Origin: an uncultured delta proteobacterium
GTDB taxonomy: Bacteria; Myxococcota_A; Polyangia; Polyangiales; Polyangiaceae
Direction: 5' to 3'
Length of the DNA stretch: 64,000 nucleotides
NCBI GenBank assembly: GCA_963850305.1
Contig: CAWKKR010000005.1
Span: forward strand, 192,001 to 256,000
The translations under genes were made by a program, and so were the position numbers. Within the stretch, counting starts at the first letter, position 1, and each line of letters starts with the position of its first letter. The notes under the pieces are model-generated. The model had not been told where the DNA came from. It worked only from the letters and a program-made list of their open reading frames with translations, and searched no databases. Below, piece by piece: positions 19,876-29,043 of the stretch.

Positions 19876-20644
19876 GCGCCGCCCCGAGGTCCCCGCGCAC
19901 GATCGCCTCGAGCTCCGGCGTTCGAGCGCCGGGGGCCGTCCATTCCACGGAGGGCGCGTCCACGACGAGGCCGCCGGGTTTCCCGCGCCGCAGCTCGACG
20001 AGCGCGAGGCGGGCCTTCGACGCCGCGAACGCGTGCACCATGCGCAACCTCTTGGCGACGAGACGCGCCGCGGTCGCCGCGGCGAAGAACTCCGGGAGCG
20101 TCGGCGCGGGATAGACGAAGAAGGCTCGCGAGCGCGCGCCGAGCGCGTCCGCCGCGGCGAGCAGGAACGGCGCGAGCGGCCCGACGCGAGCGGCGCGTCG
20201 GGCCGGCGCGGTGCGGCTCTCGTCGCCGGTGAAGAAGGGGGGATTCGAGAGCACGACGTCGGCGGTGCCGCGGAGGGCCGCGGGCAGCCCCTGTCGAACG
20301 AGCTCCGCGACGACCGCGTGCCCCAACAAGCCAGCCGAGGCGAGGTTGCGCTCCGAGAGCTCGGCGAGGGACGGGTCTTGCTCGACGAGCACCGAGCGGC
20401 GCGCCGCTCCGAAGTGCGCGAACGCGAGCGACAGCGCCCCGACGCCCGCGCCGAGGTCCACGACGGTCCGCGCTTCGGGACGACATTCGGCGGCGAAGGC
20501 GGCGAGGAGCAACGTATCCACGTTGACCCGGTACCCTTTGCCGGCCCGCGGCTGCAGGAGCGACACGGCGCCGTCGAAGAGCGCGTCGGCGGCCCAGCGT
20601 GGTTCTGGTCCGTCGGAATCGTCGGCGCGACGCGACCGTGTCAT
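19826..20644 (-). CDS. tRNA1(Val) adenine-N6 methyltransferase-like (TrmN6/YfiC family)
   Basis: QPRAGKGYRVNVDTLLLAAF, DLGAGVG, NPPF, KRLRMVH. Confidence 0.85.
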   Translation of the reverse strand: MTRSRRADDSDGPEPRWAADALFDGAVSLLQPRAGKGYRVNVDTLLLAAFAAECRPEARTVVDLGAGVGALSLAFAHFGAARRSVLVEQDPSLAELSERNLASAGLLGHAVVAELVRQGLPAALRGTADVVLSNPPFFTGDESRTAPARRAARVGPLAPFLLAAADALGARSRAFFVYPAPTLPEFFAAATAARLVAKRLRMVHAFAASKARLALVELRRGKPGGLVVDAPSVEWTAPGARTPELEAIVRGDLGAALTARRGAGRAGLPRQP

Positions 20645-20701
20645 TGTAGGATGCTCTCGCGTCGCGCGGCGGGAGGCGTCGCGCACCAGGGAACACCGAC
20701 G

Positions 20702-21985
20702 ATGTCACGCTTCACGAGCTGGTTGAAGGGCTCCGCAACGGCGCTCGTCGCGGCGAGCCTCGCCGCGTCCGCGTTCGGGGACTCGGTCGCGGAGCTCCGG
20801 GCGCGCGCGAAGACCGTGCCGAATCCTGCGGAGGCCCTCGTGCTCGCGCGGCAGCTCCGGCGCGCGGGCCTGTTGCCCGAGGCGAAGGTGACGCTCGAGC
20901 GGTCCTTCGCGAAGGCGCGCGGCAACGACGCCGTCGCGGATATCCGGCTCGAACTCGCGCGCACGTACATCGACCAGAATCTCGCGAAGCGGGCGCTCGC
21001 GGAGTGCGACCAGATCCACAAGTACTCCCGGTTCAAGGAGCAGCTCTGCCAGGCGGAGGCGCAGCTGCTCGGCCGGCGCGGGAGCATGGCGCTCCCCGCG
21101 GCGGAGGAGGCATTGTCGCTCTCTCCCGGCGACTACGACGCGCTCGTCGCGAAGGGGCGAGCGCTTTCGCAGCTCAGCCGGCCCGCCGAAGCCGAAGCGA
21201 CCCTACGCGACGCGGCGAAGGCGAATCCGTCGCGCCCGGAAGCGTTCCTTCACCTCGCGGAAGTGCTCTTAGCGAACGGGGACAAGGCGGGTGGCGAGCA
21301 GGCGCTCCGCGACGCCCGCAAGGCCGACCCGGACGACCCGGACGTGCTCTTGCTGGTCGGCTCGAGGTTGCCCGCCGGTCCCGAAGCCCGCGACGTGCTC
21401 GAGCATGCGCTCACGGTGCGGCCCGATTTCGCGCCCGCGCAGGCACGCCTCGGCCAGGTGCTGCAGAAGCTCGGTTCGCTCGACCAGGCCGAGCAGGACC
21501 TGACCGCGGCGCTCAAGACCGACCCGCGGCAAGCCGACTGGCGCGCCGCGCTCGGCGAGGTGCATCTCGCGAAGGGAGAAGCCGATCTCGCGCTTCAGGA
21601 CGCCGAGGCAGCCCTCAAGATCGTGGCGAACCACGGCCCCGCGAAGTTCCTGCAGGCCAAGGCGCTCGCCGCGAAGGGCGACGTCGACCTCGCGATGGAG
21701 GCATTTCAGGACGCCTACAGCGCCTCCGCGCGCACGGACCCGACGGTGCTCATCGAAGCGACGCACGCGTGCATCAAGGGTAACCGATACACGACGGCCA
21801 AGGCGTTCGCCGATCGCGCGACCGAGGACTTTCCGAAGTCGAGCGCCGCGTGGGAAGCCGAGGGCGACGTCGGAGCGGCGCTGCACGACGCGCCGCTGGC
21901 GCGGGAAGCGTACGGCAAGGCGCTCGGCGGCGACGACTCGGCGAGCAAGGACGAGATTCGCCGCAAGCTGGCACAGTTCCGGTGA
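20702..21985 (+). CDS. Secreted tetratricopeptide-repeat protein
   Basis: Signal peptide followed by multiple TPR-like units (ALSLSPGDYDALVAKGRAL, ALTVRPDFAPAQARLG). Confidence 0.85.
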   Translation: MSRFTSWLKGSATALVAASLAASAFGDSVAELRARAKTVPNPAEALVLARQLRRAGLLPEAKVTLERSFAKARGNDAVADIRLELARTYIDQNLAKRALAECDQIHKYSRFKEQLCQAEAQLLGRRGSMALPAAEEALSLSPGDYDALVAKGRALSQLSRPAEAEATLRDAAKANPSRPEAFLHLAEVLLANGDKAGGEQALRDARKADPDDPDVLLLVGSRLPAGPEARDVLEHALTVRPDFAPAQARLGQVLQKLGSLDQAEQDLTAALKTDPRQADWRAALGEVHLAKGEADLALQDAEAALKIVANHGPAKFLQAKALAAKGDVDLAMEAFQDAYSASARTDPTVLIEATHACIKGNRYTTAKAFADRATEDFPKSSAAWEAEGDVGAALHDAPLAREAYGKALGGDDSASKDEIRRKLAQFR

Positions 21986-22869
21986 ACGTCCGGAGCTCCG
22001 CGTGGCGCAGGCTCGCCTACGGCGGCGCGCGCTACGGCCCGAACTTCTGGGTCGCGTACAGCCCGGTCTTTTTCGGTGCGCTCTTCGCGTGCCTGCTCGC
22101 CGATGATCGCGCGCGGATCCGGGCGAGCCTTCGGCTCACACGGGGTGTTCGTGGTCGACTGCTCGAGCATGCCGACGTTCTCCGGACGTTCGTGACGTAC
22201 GCGCACTGTCTCGCGGAGTCGCTCGCCGCGGACCGCTCCGAAGCGCGCGATGCGCAACCGACGGTTCTAGGCGCCGAACACCTCCGGGCCGCGCTGGCGG
22301 ATGGCCGCGGCGCGGTCGTCGTGACGGCGCACACCGGCGCGTGGGACGCCGCGGCGCGCTGGCTCGCGCGAGATCACCGGGGGCGCGTACTGCTCGTCAT
22401 GGCCCGCGAGGCCGACCCCGCCGCGCGCGCGCTCCAGGACGAGGTGCGGAAGAGGGTTGGGGTCAGCGTCGCGCATGTCGGCGAACACCCGCTCGAGGCG
22501 CTCCCCGTTCTCCGACATCTTCGCGCGGGCGGGATCGTCGCCCTGCAACTCGATCGCGTCTCGAGTGGTGCCACCGCCATCGACACGAGCCTGCTGGGGG
22601 AGCGATTCGCCGTGCCGGCCGGTCCGTTCCACCTGGCGCGGCTCGGCGGAGCGCCGATAGTGCCGGTGTTCACCCGCCGGCTCGGGTACTTCCGCTACGA
22701 AGTCGAGATCCGTCCGCCCATCAGGATTGCAGCGGGGAACGGGCGCGAGCGCATGCTCGAGGCCGCCGCGCGGGCTACCGAAGAAATGGGCCGGTTTCTG
22801 CATCGAAACCCGACGCAATGGTTTCACTTCGTGAGCAGTCCGCGGGAGCGTTCATCGAACGGAACGTAA
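21982..22869 (+). CDS. Lysophospholipid / lipid A-type acyltransferase (LpxL family)
   Basis: GAEHL, TAHTGAWD (HxxxxD), LQLDR, NPTQWFHF; GTGA overlap. Confidence 0.88.
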   Translation: MNVRSSAWRRLAYGGARYGPNFWVAYSPVFFGALFACLLADDRARIRASLRLTRGVRGRLLEHADVLRTFVTYAHCLAESLAADRSEARDAQPTVLGAEHLRAALADGRGAVVVTAHTGAWDAAARWLARDHRGRVLLVMAREADPAARALQDEVRKRVGVSVAHVGEHPLEALPVLRHLRAGGIVALQLDRVSSGATAIDTSLLGERFAVPAGPFHLARLGGAPIVPVFTRRLGYFRYEVEIRPPIRIAAGNGRERMLEAAARATEEMGRFLHRNPTQWFHFVSSPRERSSNGT

Positions 22870-22934
22870 AATCCGGGTGGCAATCGAGTGTCGTTGGAGC
22901 TATTGCGCGAGGGCACTTTTTCCGGAAAGCGTGC

Positions 22935-23708
22935 ATGGAATCGACTGAAGTCTCGGCGCGCGTTCACGTAGGCAGGGCTTCTCTCGAGGGCGGCATGGCG
23001 CGCTACGCCCGCGCGTTCGACCTGCTGGAGGTATCCGGGGAAGCCGGACGCCATCCGCGGCGCCCGGGCCTGCTCGAGTGGCGGCGCTCGGTCCAGGAGG
23101 ACTTCGTGTTCAGCGTGGTCGTCCCCTCGACACTGGCCAGCCTCGAAGCGGGCAAGGATGCGCCGGGGTTGCTATCTCACGCCCGCATGGTCGCGGACGC
23201 GCTCGGGGCAACGTGGTGGCTCCTCCGGACGCCGCCGATGGTCACGCCGAGCGCGCGCGCGACGCGCAAGCTCGAAGCGCTCGTCGCGGATCTTCGAGCG
23301 GAAGGCCGCGCCGTCGCGTGGGAACCGCGCGGAGTCTGGGGCGATGAGGGAGCGCGCGGCACCGCCGCGCACCTGGACGTGCATCTCGTCCGCGACCTGG
23401 CCCGTGAAGAACCCGTGGACGGCGTGGACGTCATCTACACGCGGCTCCGCGCGCTCGGAGAAGGCGCGCGCATCGGCGCCGCCGCGGCGGAGCGCGTCGC
23501 AGAGCGCATCGCCGGAGCGACGGACGCGTTCGTCGTCGTGGAAGGCGCGGGCGCCGGCCGCGTTCGGCAGGTGCTGCGCGAGATGCTCGGCGCGTCCACC
23601 GAGGCCACGGAGGGCGGCGACGCTGACGAGGACGCAGACGAAGACTCCGAGGACGACGAAGAGGCGTTCGATGACGAAGACTCCGACGACGAGGAGGACG
23701 AGTCGTGA
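22935..23708 (+). CDS. DUF72-like protein (divergent) with acidic tail
   Basis: RYARAFDLLEV, WRRSV..DFVFSV, LLRTPP, AWEPRG.W, YTRLR; D/E-rich C-terminus. Confidence 0.7.
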   Translation: MESTEVSARVHVGRASLEGGMARYARAFDLLEVSGEAGRHPRRPGLLEWRRSVQEDFVFSVVVPSTLASLEAGKDAPGLLSHARMVADALGATWWLLRTPPMVTPSARATRKLEALVADLRAEGRAVAWEPRGVWGDEGARGTAAHLDVHLVRDLAREEPVDGVDVIYTRLRALGEGARIGAAAAERVAERIAGATDAFVVVEGAGAGRVRQVLREMLGASTEATEGGDADEDADEDSEDDEEAFDDEDSDDEEDES

Positions 23709-24670
23709 CCCGCAGCCTCGCCGTCGCGGACGATCCGGTGGCCACCGAGGCCGCGGAGGACGTGCTTCTGTCCGGCGGCTCCGCCCTCGGGGCCGTGGCT
23801 GCAGGCTTCTTCGCAGTGGCCGGTGCCCATTCCGGCGTCCTGCTCTCGCCCATGACGCTCCTGGCGGTGGGGGGCGGCCTGGGTGCTCGCGCATTCGACG
23901 GCCGATGCCGCCAGCCCGGCCTCGGCACGAGGCGGCCCCGCGGGTTCAAGGACTCGGAGGAGATCCCGGAAGCCGCGCGCGTCGCCGTGCCGGCGGCGGT
24001 CACCGCGCTTGCAGTCGCGCTCGCCTACGACGAGCAGACGAAAGTGAGCCGGGTCGTCCGCACCGGGATCCGTCGCGCGCGGGACTCGGGCGCCGAAGCA
24101 CGTGCGGAGATGCTCGAGCGGGTGCGCGCCGTCGGCGCCGGCGCGATCACCGAGAACCCCTTCCTGCGCTCACTCTTGCACGTGGCAGGGGAGGGCGGTG
24201 GAGGCCTTCTCACGGCCACGGACCTGAGATCGATCCGGGACATCGACACGGCCGCCGTCGTTCGTGAGGAAAATGGGGCAAGATGGGTGATCGCGCCCTG
24301 GGCCGACGCCCCGGGTGCCGACGTGGTTTCAGAGGAGATGGGGACCGGGCACGCGATCGGCGCTGTGGACGTGCGCGGGCTGTTCGCCGTGCTCTCGTAC
24401 CGCCGCGTGAGAAACGGCGTTGCCGTCGACGAGATCGAGGTCGAAGCGCCGCCCGTCGCGCAGCCGGTGCTGCGCGGGGTCACGCGAGTCGCCCCCGGGA
24501 GCCCCCTGCCGGCGCCCGCGCCCATCGGCATACGCGTGGACGAAGCCGGGCTCCCACTCGAGCTCGCCGCGGCCCCGTCCGCCCTCCGTCCGAGCGCCGA
24601 GACCCTTGCGACGGCGAAGCTTCGGCTGCGCTGGGACGCACAGACGAGGCGCCCGGAGCTCGTGCGCTGA
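23705..24670 (+). CDS. Short gamma-glutamyltranspeptidase-like protein
   Basis: ATEAAEDVLLSGGSA, FDGRCRQP, VAVPA, LLTATDL, GHAIGAVDVRG resemble GGT blocks; only 321 aa. Confidence 0.6.
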   Translation: MTRSLAVADDPVATEAAEDVLLSGGSALGAVAAGFFAVAGAHSGVLLSPMTLLAVGGGLGARAFDGRCRQPGLGTRRPRGFKDSEEIPEAARVAVPAAVTALAVALAYDEQTKVSRVVRTGIRRARDSGAEARAEMLERVRAVGAGAITENPFLRSLLHVAGEGGGGLLTATDLRSIRDIDTAAVVREENGARWVIAPWADAPGADVVSEEMGTGHAIGAVDVRGLFAVLSYRRVRNGVAVDEIEVEAPPVAQPVLRGVTRVAPGSPLPAPAPIGIRVDEAGLPLELAAAPSALRPSAETLATAKLRLRWDAQTRRPELVR

Positions 24671-24733
24671 CCGCGACGGCCCTCGCCGCCGCAGAGCTCC
24701 TGCGAGCAGGCGCCGATCCAGCAACGAGTGCAG

Positions 24734-24964
24734 CTACGAGCGCAGCGCGACGCCGTGCTTCTTCGCGTAAGCGATGAGCCCGAGCTTCGTGATGCTCCGC
24801 AGATCGCGCGTGGAGACCTTCAACGTCACGAAACGCTCGAGCTCCGGAACCCAGAGGCGGCGGCGCTGGATGTTCACCTGCTGCCAGCGGTTCGTCTTGA
24901 TGTTCGAGTGCGATACGTTGTGGGCGTGGAGCTTTCGCTTCCCGGTGATCTCGCTTCTGGCCAT
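24734..24964 (-). CDS. rpmB: 50S ribosomal protein L28
   Basis: EITGKR..HNVSHSNIKTNRW..NIQRRRLWVPE..LKVSTR. Confidence 0.95.
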   Translation of the reverse strand: MARSEITGKRKLHAHNVSHSNIKTNRWQQVNIQRRRLWVPELERFVTLKVSTRDLRSITKLGLIAYAKKHGVALRS

Positions 24965-24976
24965 GACGGGGCGCGG

Positions 24977-25005
24977 AACCTACCGTAGGATGGTCTTCCC
25001 TTCAA
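24977..25005 (-). promoter_or_regulatory. Putative sigma70-type promoter of rpmB
   Basis: TTGAAG-17 bp-TAGGTT, ending 12 bp before the ATG. Confidence 0.55.
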
Positions 25006-25044
25006 GGGAGGCGTGCAGGTTCGTCCCCCCCGGGCTTCCCGAGC

Positions 25045-25860
25045 TCACGCCAAGGGGATCTTCCCGAGACGCAGCACCAGGGCCTCGCAGTAGCGTTTCA
25101 CCACATCGAACTCATTGTGCTTTTTGATGAGGGTCCGCTCGTCCATGTAAAGGCGGCGGGCGAGCTCGACCTGGATGGCGTGGGCCTTGGTCTTGGGCCG
25201 GCCGTAGTGGCTCGTCGAGAACCCGCCGCGATAGGGGTCGTCGTGAGTGACGGTCCACCCGAACTCCCGCGCGAGCACGTCGGGCGCGTCGATGACGGCG
25301 GGAGCCGCCGTGGTCCGGCCGCGGCTCCCGGGCACGACGTCGGCACGTTCCTGCCCGGCGTCCGTGTGACCGAGCCGCCCCAGGCTCGGCATCGAGTGGG
25401 CGCACAGCACGATGACGAACCCGAAGCGACGGCGCTTCTGCTCGACCAGCGTAGCGAGGGTGCGGTGGTAGGGCCGGTAGACGGACTCCAGGCGGCGCTC
25501 GAGCTCCGAGTGCGACAGCGGGGCGTGAAGCGCCGGCTGGTTCTCGGTCGTCGCGCGCCAGATCAAGCCATGCGGTGCGGAGCGCGCCGGCGCACCCTGC
25601 ACGGCGAGCCCGTCGAGGTCCGACTCATCCCGGTTGAGATCGCACACGTACCGGCTCGCGTGCGCCACGAGGACCGTCGCGCCCAGGGTGGGTGCGCGCT
25701 CGTAGAGATCGTCCACGTAGAGGTCCGCATCTTGACCGATCGCGCGCGCGGGCGCGGCCAGGGTCGCCAGGGAGACCGGGTCGACGAAGACGCCCGCGTG
25801 CGGGATCTCGACGATGACGGCCGTCTCGCTGGCCTCGGGTTCACGAACCGAGAAGTGCAC
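25045..25860 (-). CDS. N-formylglutamate amidohydrolase family protein
   Basis: EIPHAG, DADLYVD, SRYVCDLNR, YRPYH, HSMPS, PYRGG, HAIQVELARRLYMDE. Confidence 0.92.
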   Translation of the reverse strand: MHFSVREPEASETAVIVEIPHAGVFVDPVSLATLAAPARAIGQDADLYVDDLYERAPTLGATVLVAHASRYVCDLNRDESDLDGLAVQGAPARSAPHGLIWRATTENQPALHAPLSHSELERRLESVYRPYHRTLATLVEQKRRRFGFVIVLCAHSMPSLGRLGHTDAGQERADVVPGSRGRTTAAPAVIDAPDVLAREFGWTVTHDDPYRGGFSTSHYGRPKTKAHAIQVELARRLYMDERTLIKKHNEFDVVKRYCEALVLRLGKIPLA

Positions 25861-25970
25861 GGGGTAACCTGTACCTCAGCCTCCGGCGCTCGGCGACCGA
25901 TCTTCGCCCGATTTCGACGAGGTGCGCGCGGCTCGGCGGCGCAGTTCTCGACGCGACGTCGCGGTGTCGC

Positions 25971-26870
25971 TCAGGCGCGCGGGTGCGATCGGGCGTGCGC
26001 ACGGCGCACGTGTTCTCGTGTCACGTGCGTATAGATCTCGGTCGTCGCGATGTCCGCGTGCCCGAGCATGGTCTGAACGCTTCGTAGATCGGCGCCCCCG
26101 GCGAGAAGGTGCGTCGCGAACGAATGGCGGAGTCGATGCGGATGCATCGCTTCCGGCATGCCGAGCGCCAGCGCATACCGGCGCACGATCTTCCAGAACG
26201 CTTGCCGGCTGAGCGCGGGTCCGCGCGGGCTCGGGAACAGAAGATCCGTCCGTGTGCCCGGGCGCTTTCCCGGTAACGCGTCGAGGGCCGTTCGGTACGC
26301 TTTCACGTCGTCGAGGGCCACTTCACCGAGTGGTACCAGCCGGCGCTTCTGTCCCTTGCCGAATGCGGCCACGACGCCGCGCTGCGAATCGACGTCGCCG
26401 ACGCGCAGCGAAACGAGCTCGCTCACGCGTAGACCCGCGGAATAAGCGAGGCTCAGCATCGCGCGATCCCGGAGCCCGCGTAAAGACGTCCGGTCGGGGG
26501 CGTCCAGCAACCGCTGAAGGTCGGGGCGCGCAACCGGGCGCGGGAGTCTTCTTCCAACTCTCGGGCGTGCCGAAAGAGCGGTCGGATCCGCGGACAGCTC
26601 CCCCTCGCGCACGAGAAACTTCACGAACCCGCGCAGGGCCGACAGACGTCGCGCGAGGGAGCGCGCGCCGAGTCCCTGCTTCGATAAGCCCGCCAGGTAA
26701 GCGCTGACCACGCCGAGATCCACGCGCGCCGGCGACTCCAGTCCCCGCCCGTCGCAAAACTTCAGAAAGCCCCCGAGGTCCGAGCCGTAGGCGGACAGGG
26801 TGTTCGCGGATAGCCCGCGCTCGACGCGTAGATGCGCAAGGTACGAGTCGACGAGCGTGTCGAGCCGCAT
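25971..26870 (-). CDS. xerD: Tyrosine recombinase XerD
   Basis: ERGLSANT..AY..DL, RDRAML, GLRVSEL, GKGQKRRLVP, SRQAFW, HPHRLRHSFATHLL, LGHADIATTEIYTHV. Confidence 0.9.
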   Translation of the reverse strand: MRLDTLVDSYLAHLRVERGLSANTLSAYGSDLGGFLKFCDGRGLESPARVDLGVVSAYLAGLSKQGLGARSLARRLSALRGFVKFLVREGELSADPTALSARPRVGRRLPRPVARPDLQRLLDAPDRTSLRGLRDRAMLSLAYSAGLRVSELVSLRVGDVDSQRGVVAAFGKGQKRRLVPLGEVALDDVKAYRTALDALPGKRPGTRTDLLFPSPRGPALSRQAFWKIVRRYALALGMPEAMHPHRLRHSFATHLLAGGADLRSVQTMLGHADIATTEIYTHVTREHVRRAHARSHPRA

Positions 26871-26879
26871 GTCCGGAGA

Positions 26880-27929
26880 TTACCCGCTGGGCGCGGTCTG
26901 GGCCGACTTCTTTCGCTGCACGATCGTGCGCCAGCGGTCCAGAGTCCGGCGTGCGGCCCCGGACGACAGGAGCTCCTTCACGCGATCCGTCGCGCTCCGG
27001 GGCGCCATGTCGTCCGCAACGACGAGAGCGGCCGCGGCGTTCAGCACGAAGCCGTTCAACGACGGATGCGGCTCGCCGGAGAGCACGAGTGAAAGCGTCG
27101 CGGCGTTCTCCGCGGCCGCGCCCCCACGGATGGCGGCGAGCGGAATCCGCTCGAGCCCGAAGTCCTCGGGCGCGACCTCGAGCTCGGCGATGCCGGTGGA
27201 CGTCACGACGGACACTTTCGTCGCGGCACAGGGGCTCACCTCGTCGAGCCCGTCCACGCCGCGGACGACCCACGCCCGCGACGACCCGAGCGCGGCGAGC
27301 GTCGCGGCGAGAATCGGGCGCATCCGCTCCTCGGGCGCGCCGACGAGCTGATGGGACGCGCCGGCGGGGTTCGCGAGCGGTCCGAGGCAGTTGAAGATGG
27401 TTCGTATGCCGAGCTCCCGCCGTGCCTGGGCCGCGTGTCGCATTGCGGGGTGGTGCGTCGGGGCGAGCAGAAACACGATGCCCGCCTCGCGCAGGATGTC
27501 CGCGGCGTCGCTCGCCGGGAGATCGATGGGCACGCCCATGGCTTCGAGGACGTCCGCGCTGCCGGTGCTGCTCGAGACCGCGCGATTGCCGTGCTTCGCG
27601 ACGGGGATCCCCGCCGACGCGACGATGATCGCCGCGCCGGTGGAGAGATTCAGCGTGCCGAGACCGTCGCCGCCCGTGCCGCAGGTATCGAGGACCATGG
27701 GCAGACCGTGGTCGACCTTCACCATGGCACTTCGCAGAGCCTCGGCGGCGGCGCCGATGATCGCGGGCGTCTCTCCGACTGCGCGGAGCGTCGAGACGAA
27801 GCCGGCGATCTGCGTGGGCGTCCACGCGCCCGCGAAGATGGCGTCGAAGACGCCTCGAATGGTGGCAACGGAGAGCCGCCCCTCGAGCAGCTCCGCGTAC
27901 ACGTCGACGAACTTGGCAGAGCCGGTCAT
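26880..27929 (-). CDS. trpD: Anthranilate phosphoribosyltransferase
   Basis: DTCGTGGDG, NLST, AKHGNRAVSS, RTIFNCLGPLANP, DGLDE. Confidence 0.96.
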   Translation of the reverse strand: MTGSAKFVDVYAELLEGRLSVATIRGVFDAIFAGAWTPTQIAGFVSTLRAVGETPAIIGAAAEALRSAMVKVDHGLPMVLDTCGTGGDGLGTLNLSTGAAIIVASAGIPVAKHGNRAVSSSTGSADVLEAMGVPIDLPASDAADILREAGIVFLLAPTHHPAMRHAAQARRELGIRTIFNCLGPLANPAGASHQLVGAPEERMRPILAATLAALGSSRAWVVRGVDGLDEVSPCAATKVSVVTSTGIAELEVAPEDFGLERIPLAAIRGGAAAENAATLSLVLSGEPHPSLNGFVLNAAAALVVADDMAPRSATDRVKELLSSGAARRTLDRWRTIVQRKKSAQTAPSG

Positions 27930-28501
27930 AGCGATGAAAGCCAGTTTCCCAGAAGCGCGTGACCGTGTTCCGAGAGCACGGATTCCGGATGAAATTGGAT
28001 GCCCTCGATGGGGAGCTCGCGGTGGCGGAGGCCCATCAGCTCGCCCTCGGCGGTACGCGCCGTCTGCGCGAGACATGCGGGCAGCGTCGTCGGGTCCACG
28101 ACGAGGGAATGGTACCGCGCGGCCGAGAAAGGGGAGGGCAGATCGCCGAATATACCGTCACCCACGTGCTCCACGGGCGTCGCTTCGCCATGGACCGGGC
28201 GCAGCGCGCGACGAACGGTGCCGCCGAAGTGCGCGGCTATCGCCTGGTGGCCGAGGCACACGCCGAGCAGGGGGATCTCTCCCGCCAGCGCGGCGATGGC
28301 CGAAAGGGTGATCCCGGCGTCGTCCGGCGTGCCCGGTCCGGGGGAGAGCACGACGCCGTGCGGCGTCCGCGCACGAATCTCTTCAATGGTGGTCCGATCG
28401 TTCAGCTCGACGCTGCACGAAGCGCCGAGTTCCTCGAGGTACTGGACGAGATTATAGGTGAACGAGTCGTAATTATCGATCACGAGCACCCGCCGCCGCA
28501 C
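27926..28501 (-). CDS. trpG: Anthranilate/aminodeoxychorismate synthase component II (TrpG/PabA)
   Basis: IDNYDSFTYNL, SPGPG, GVCLGHQ, RYHSL, QFHPES; overlaps the trpD start. Confidence 0.93.
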   Translation of the reverse strand: MRRRVLVIDNYDSFTYNLVQYLEELGASCSVELNDRTTIEEIRARTPHGVVLSPGPGTPDDAGITLSAIAALAGEIPLLGVCLGHQAIAAHFGGTVRRALRPVHGEATPVEHVGDGIFGDLPSPFSAARYHSLVVDPTTLPACLAQTARTAEGELMGLRHRELPIEGIQFHPESVLSEHGHALLGNWLSSL

Positions 28502-28601
28502 TCGCGCGAAGGTGTCACCCCGCGCAGATGCGGTCAACACGGTCGCACTCGGTCGACCGAAAATTTCGGGTGGCGACCGTCGGCCCGATACGATTTGGCG
28601 C

Positions 28602-28913
28602 ATGTCAGAACGCCGCTGCGCGCGCCGAACATCCTTCGACGTCTTCTTCAACAAGTTCCTGGACGGACATCCGTATCTCTGCCGGGCCGTCGACATCTCC
28701 GGGACTGGACTTGCCTGCGACGTGTTCACCGAGCCCTCCACCCTTCACCAGTCCTTCCCGATCGAGCTCCGCCTTCCCGGTGAAGACCGAAGTCTCTGGG
28801 TCTGGGGCCGAAAGGTTCGGGCCAAAGGGAAGCGAGAGGCCATCCGCTTCCTGTCGCTCCATGCCGACGACCGCCTGGCGCTCGATAGATATCTCCAAGC
28901 GATCCCGGCCTAA
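28602..28913 (+). CDS. Stand-alone PilZ-domain protein
   Basis: ERRCARR (RxxxR) and DISGTG (DxSxxG) c-di-GMP-binding motifs; 103 aa. Confidence 0.85.
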   Translation: MSERRCARRTSFDVFFNKFLDGHPYLCRAVDISGTGLACDVFTEPSTLHQSFPIELRLPGEDRSLWVWGRKVRAKGKREAIRFLSLHADDRLALDRYLQAIPA

Positions 28914-29043
28914 CCTTCGCGTTTGTCGCTTGCGCGAGGCGCGCGCACTTCAATCTTGCCGAAGCGAGGGCGGGCAGGTACGTTGACGCCCCGCCTCAGT
29001 TTTTGCGGGGAATCTGCGCCAATCGGTTCGGCGAGGAGATTCG

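Noticed and set aside
25971..26870. Tyrosine recombinase as a prophage or integron integrase
   Set aside because: Typical XerD sequence among housekeeping genes; no phage genes, att sites or IntI-specific insertion seen.
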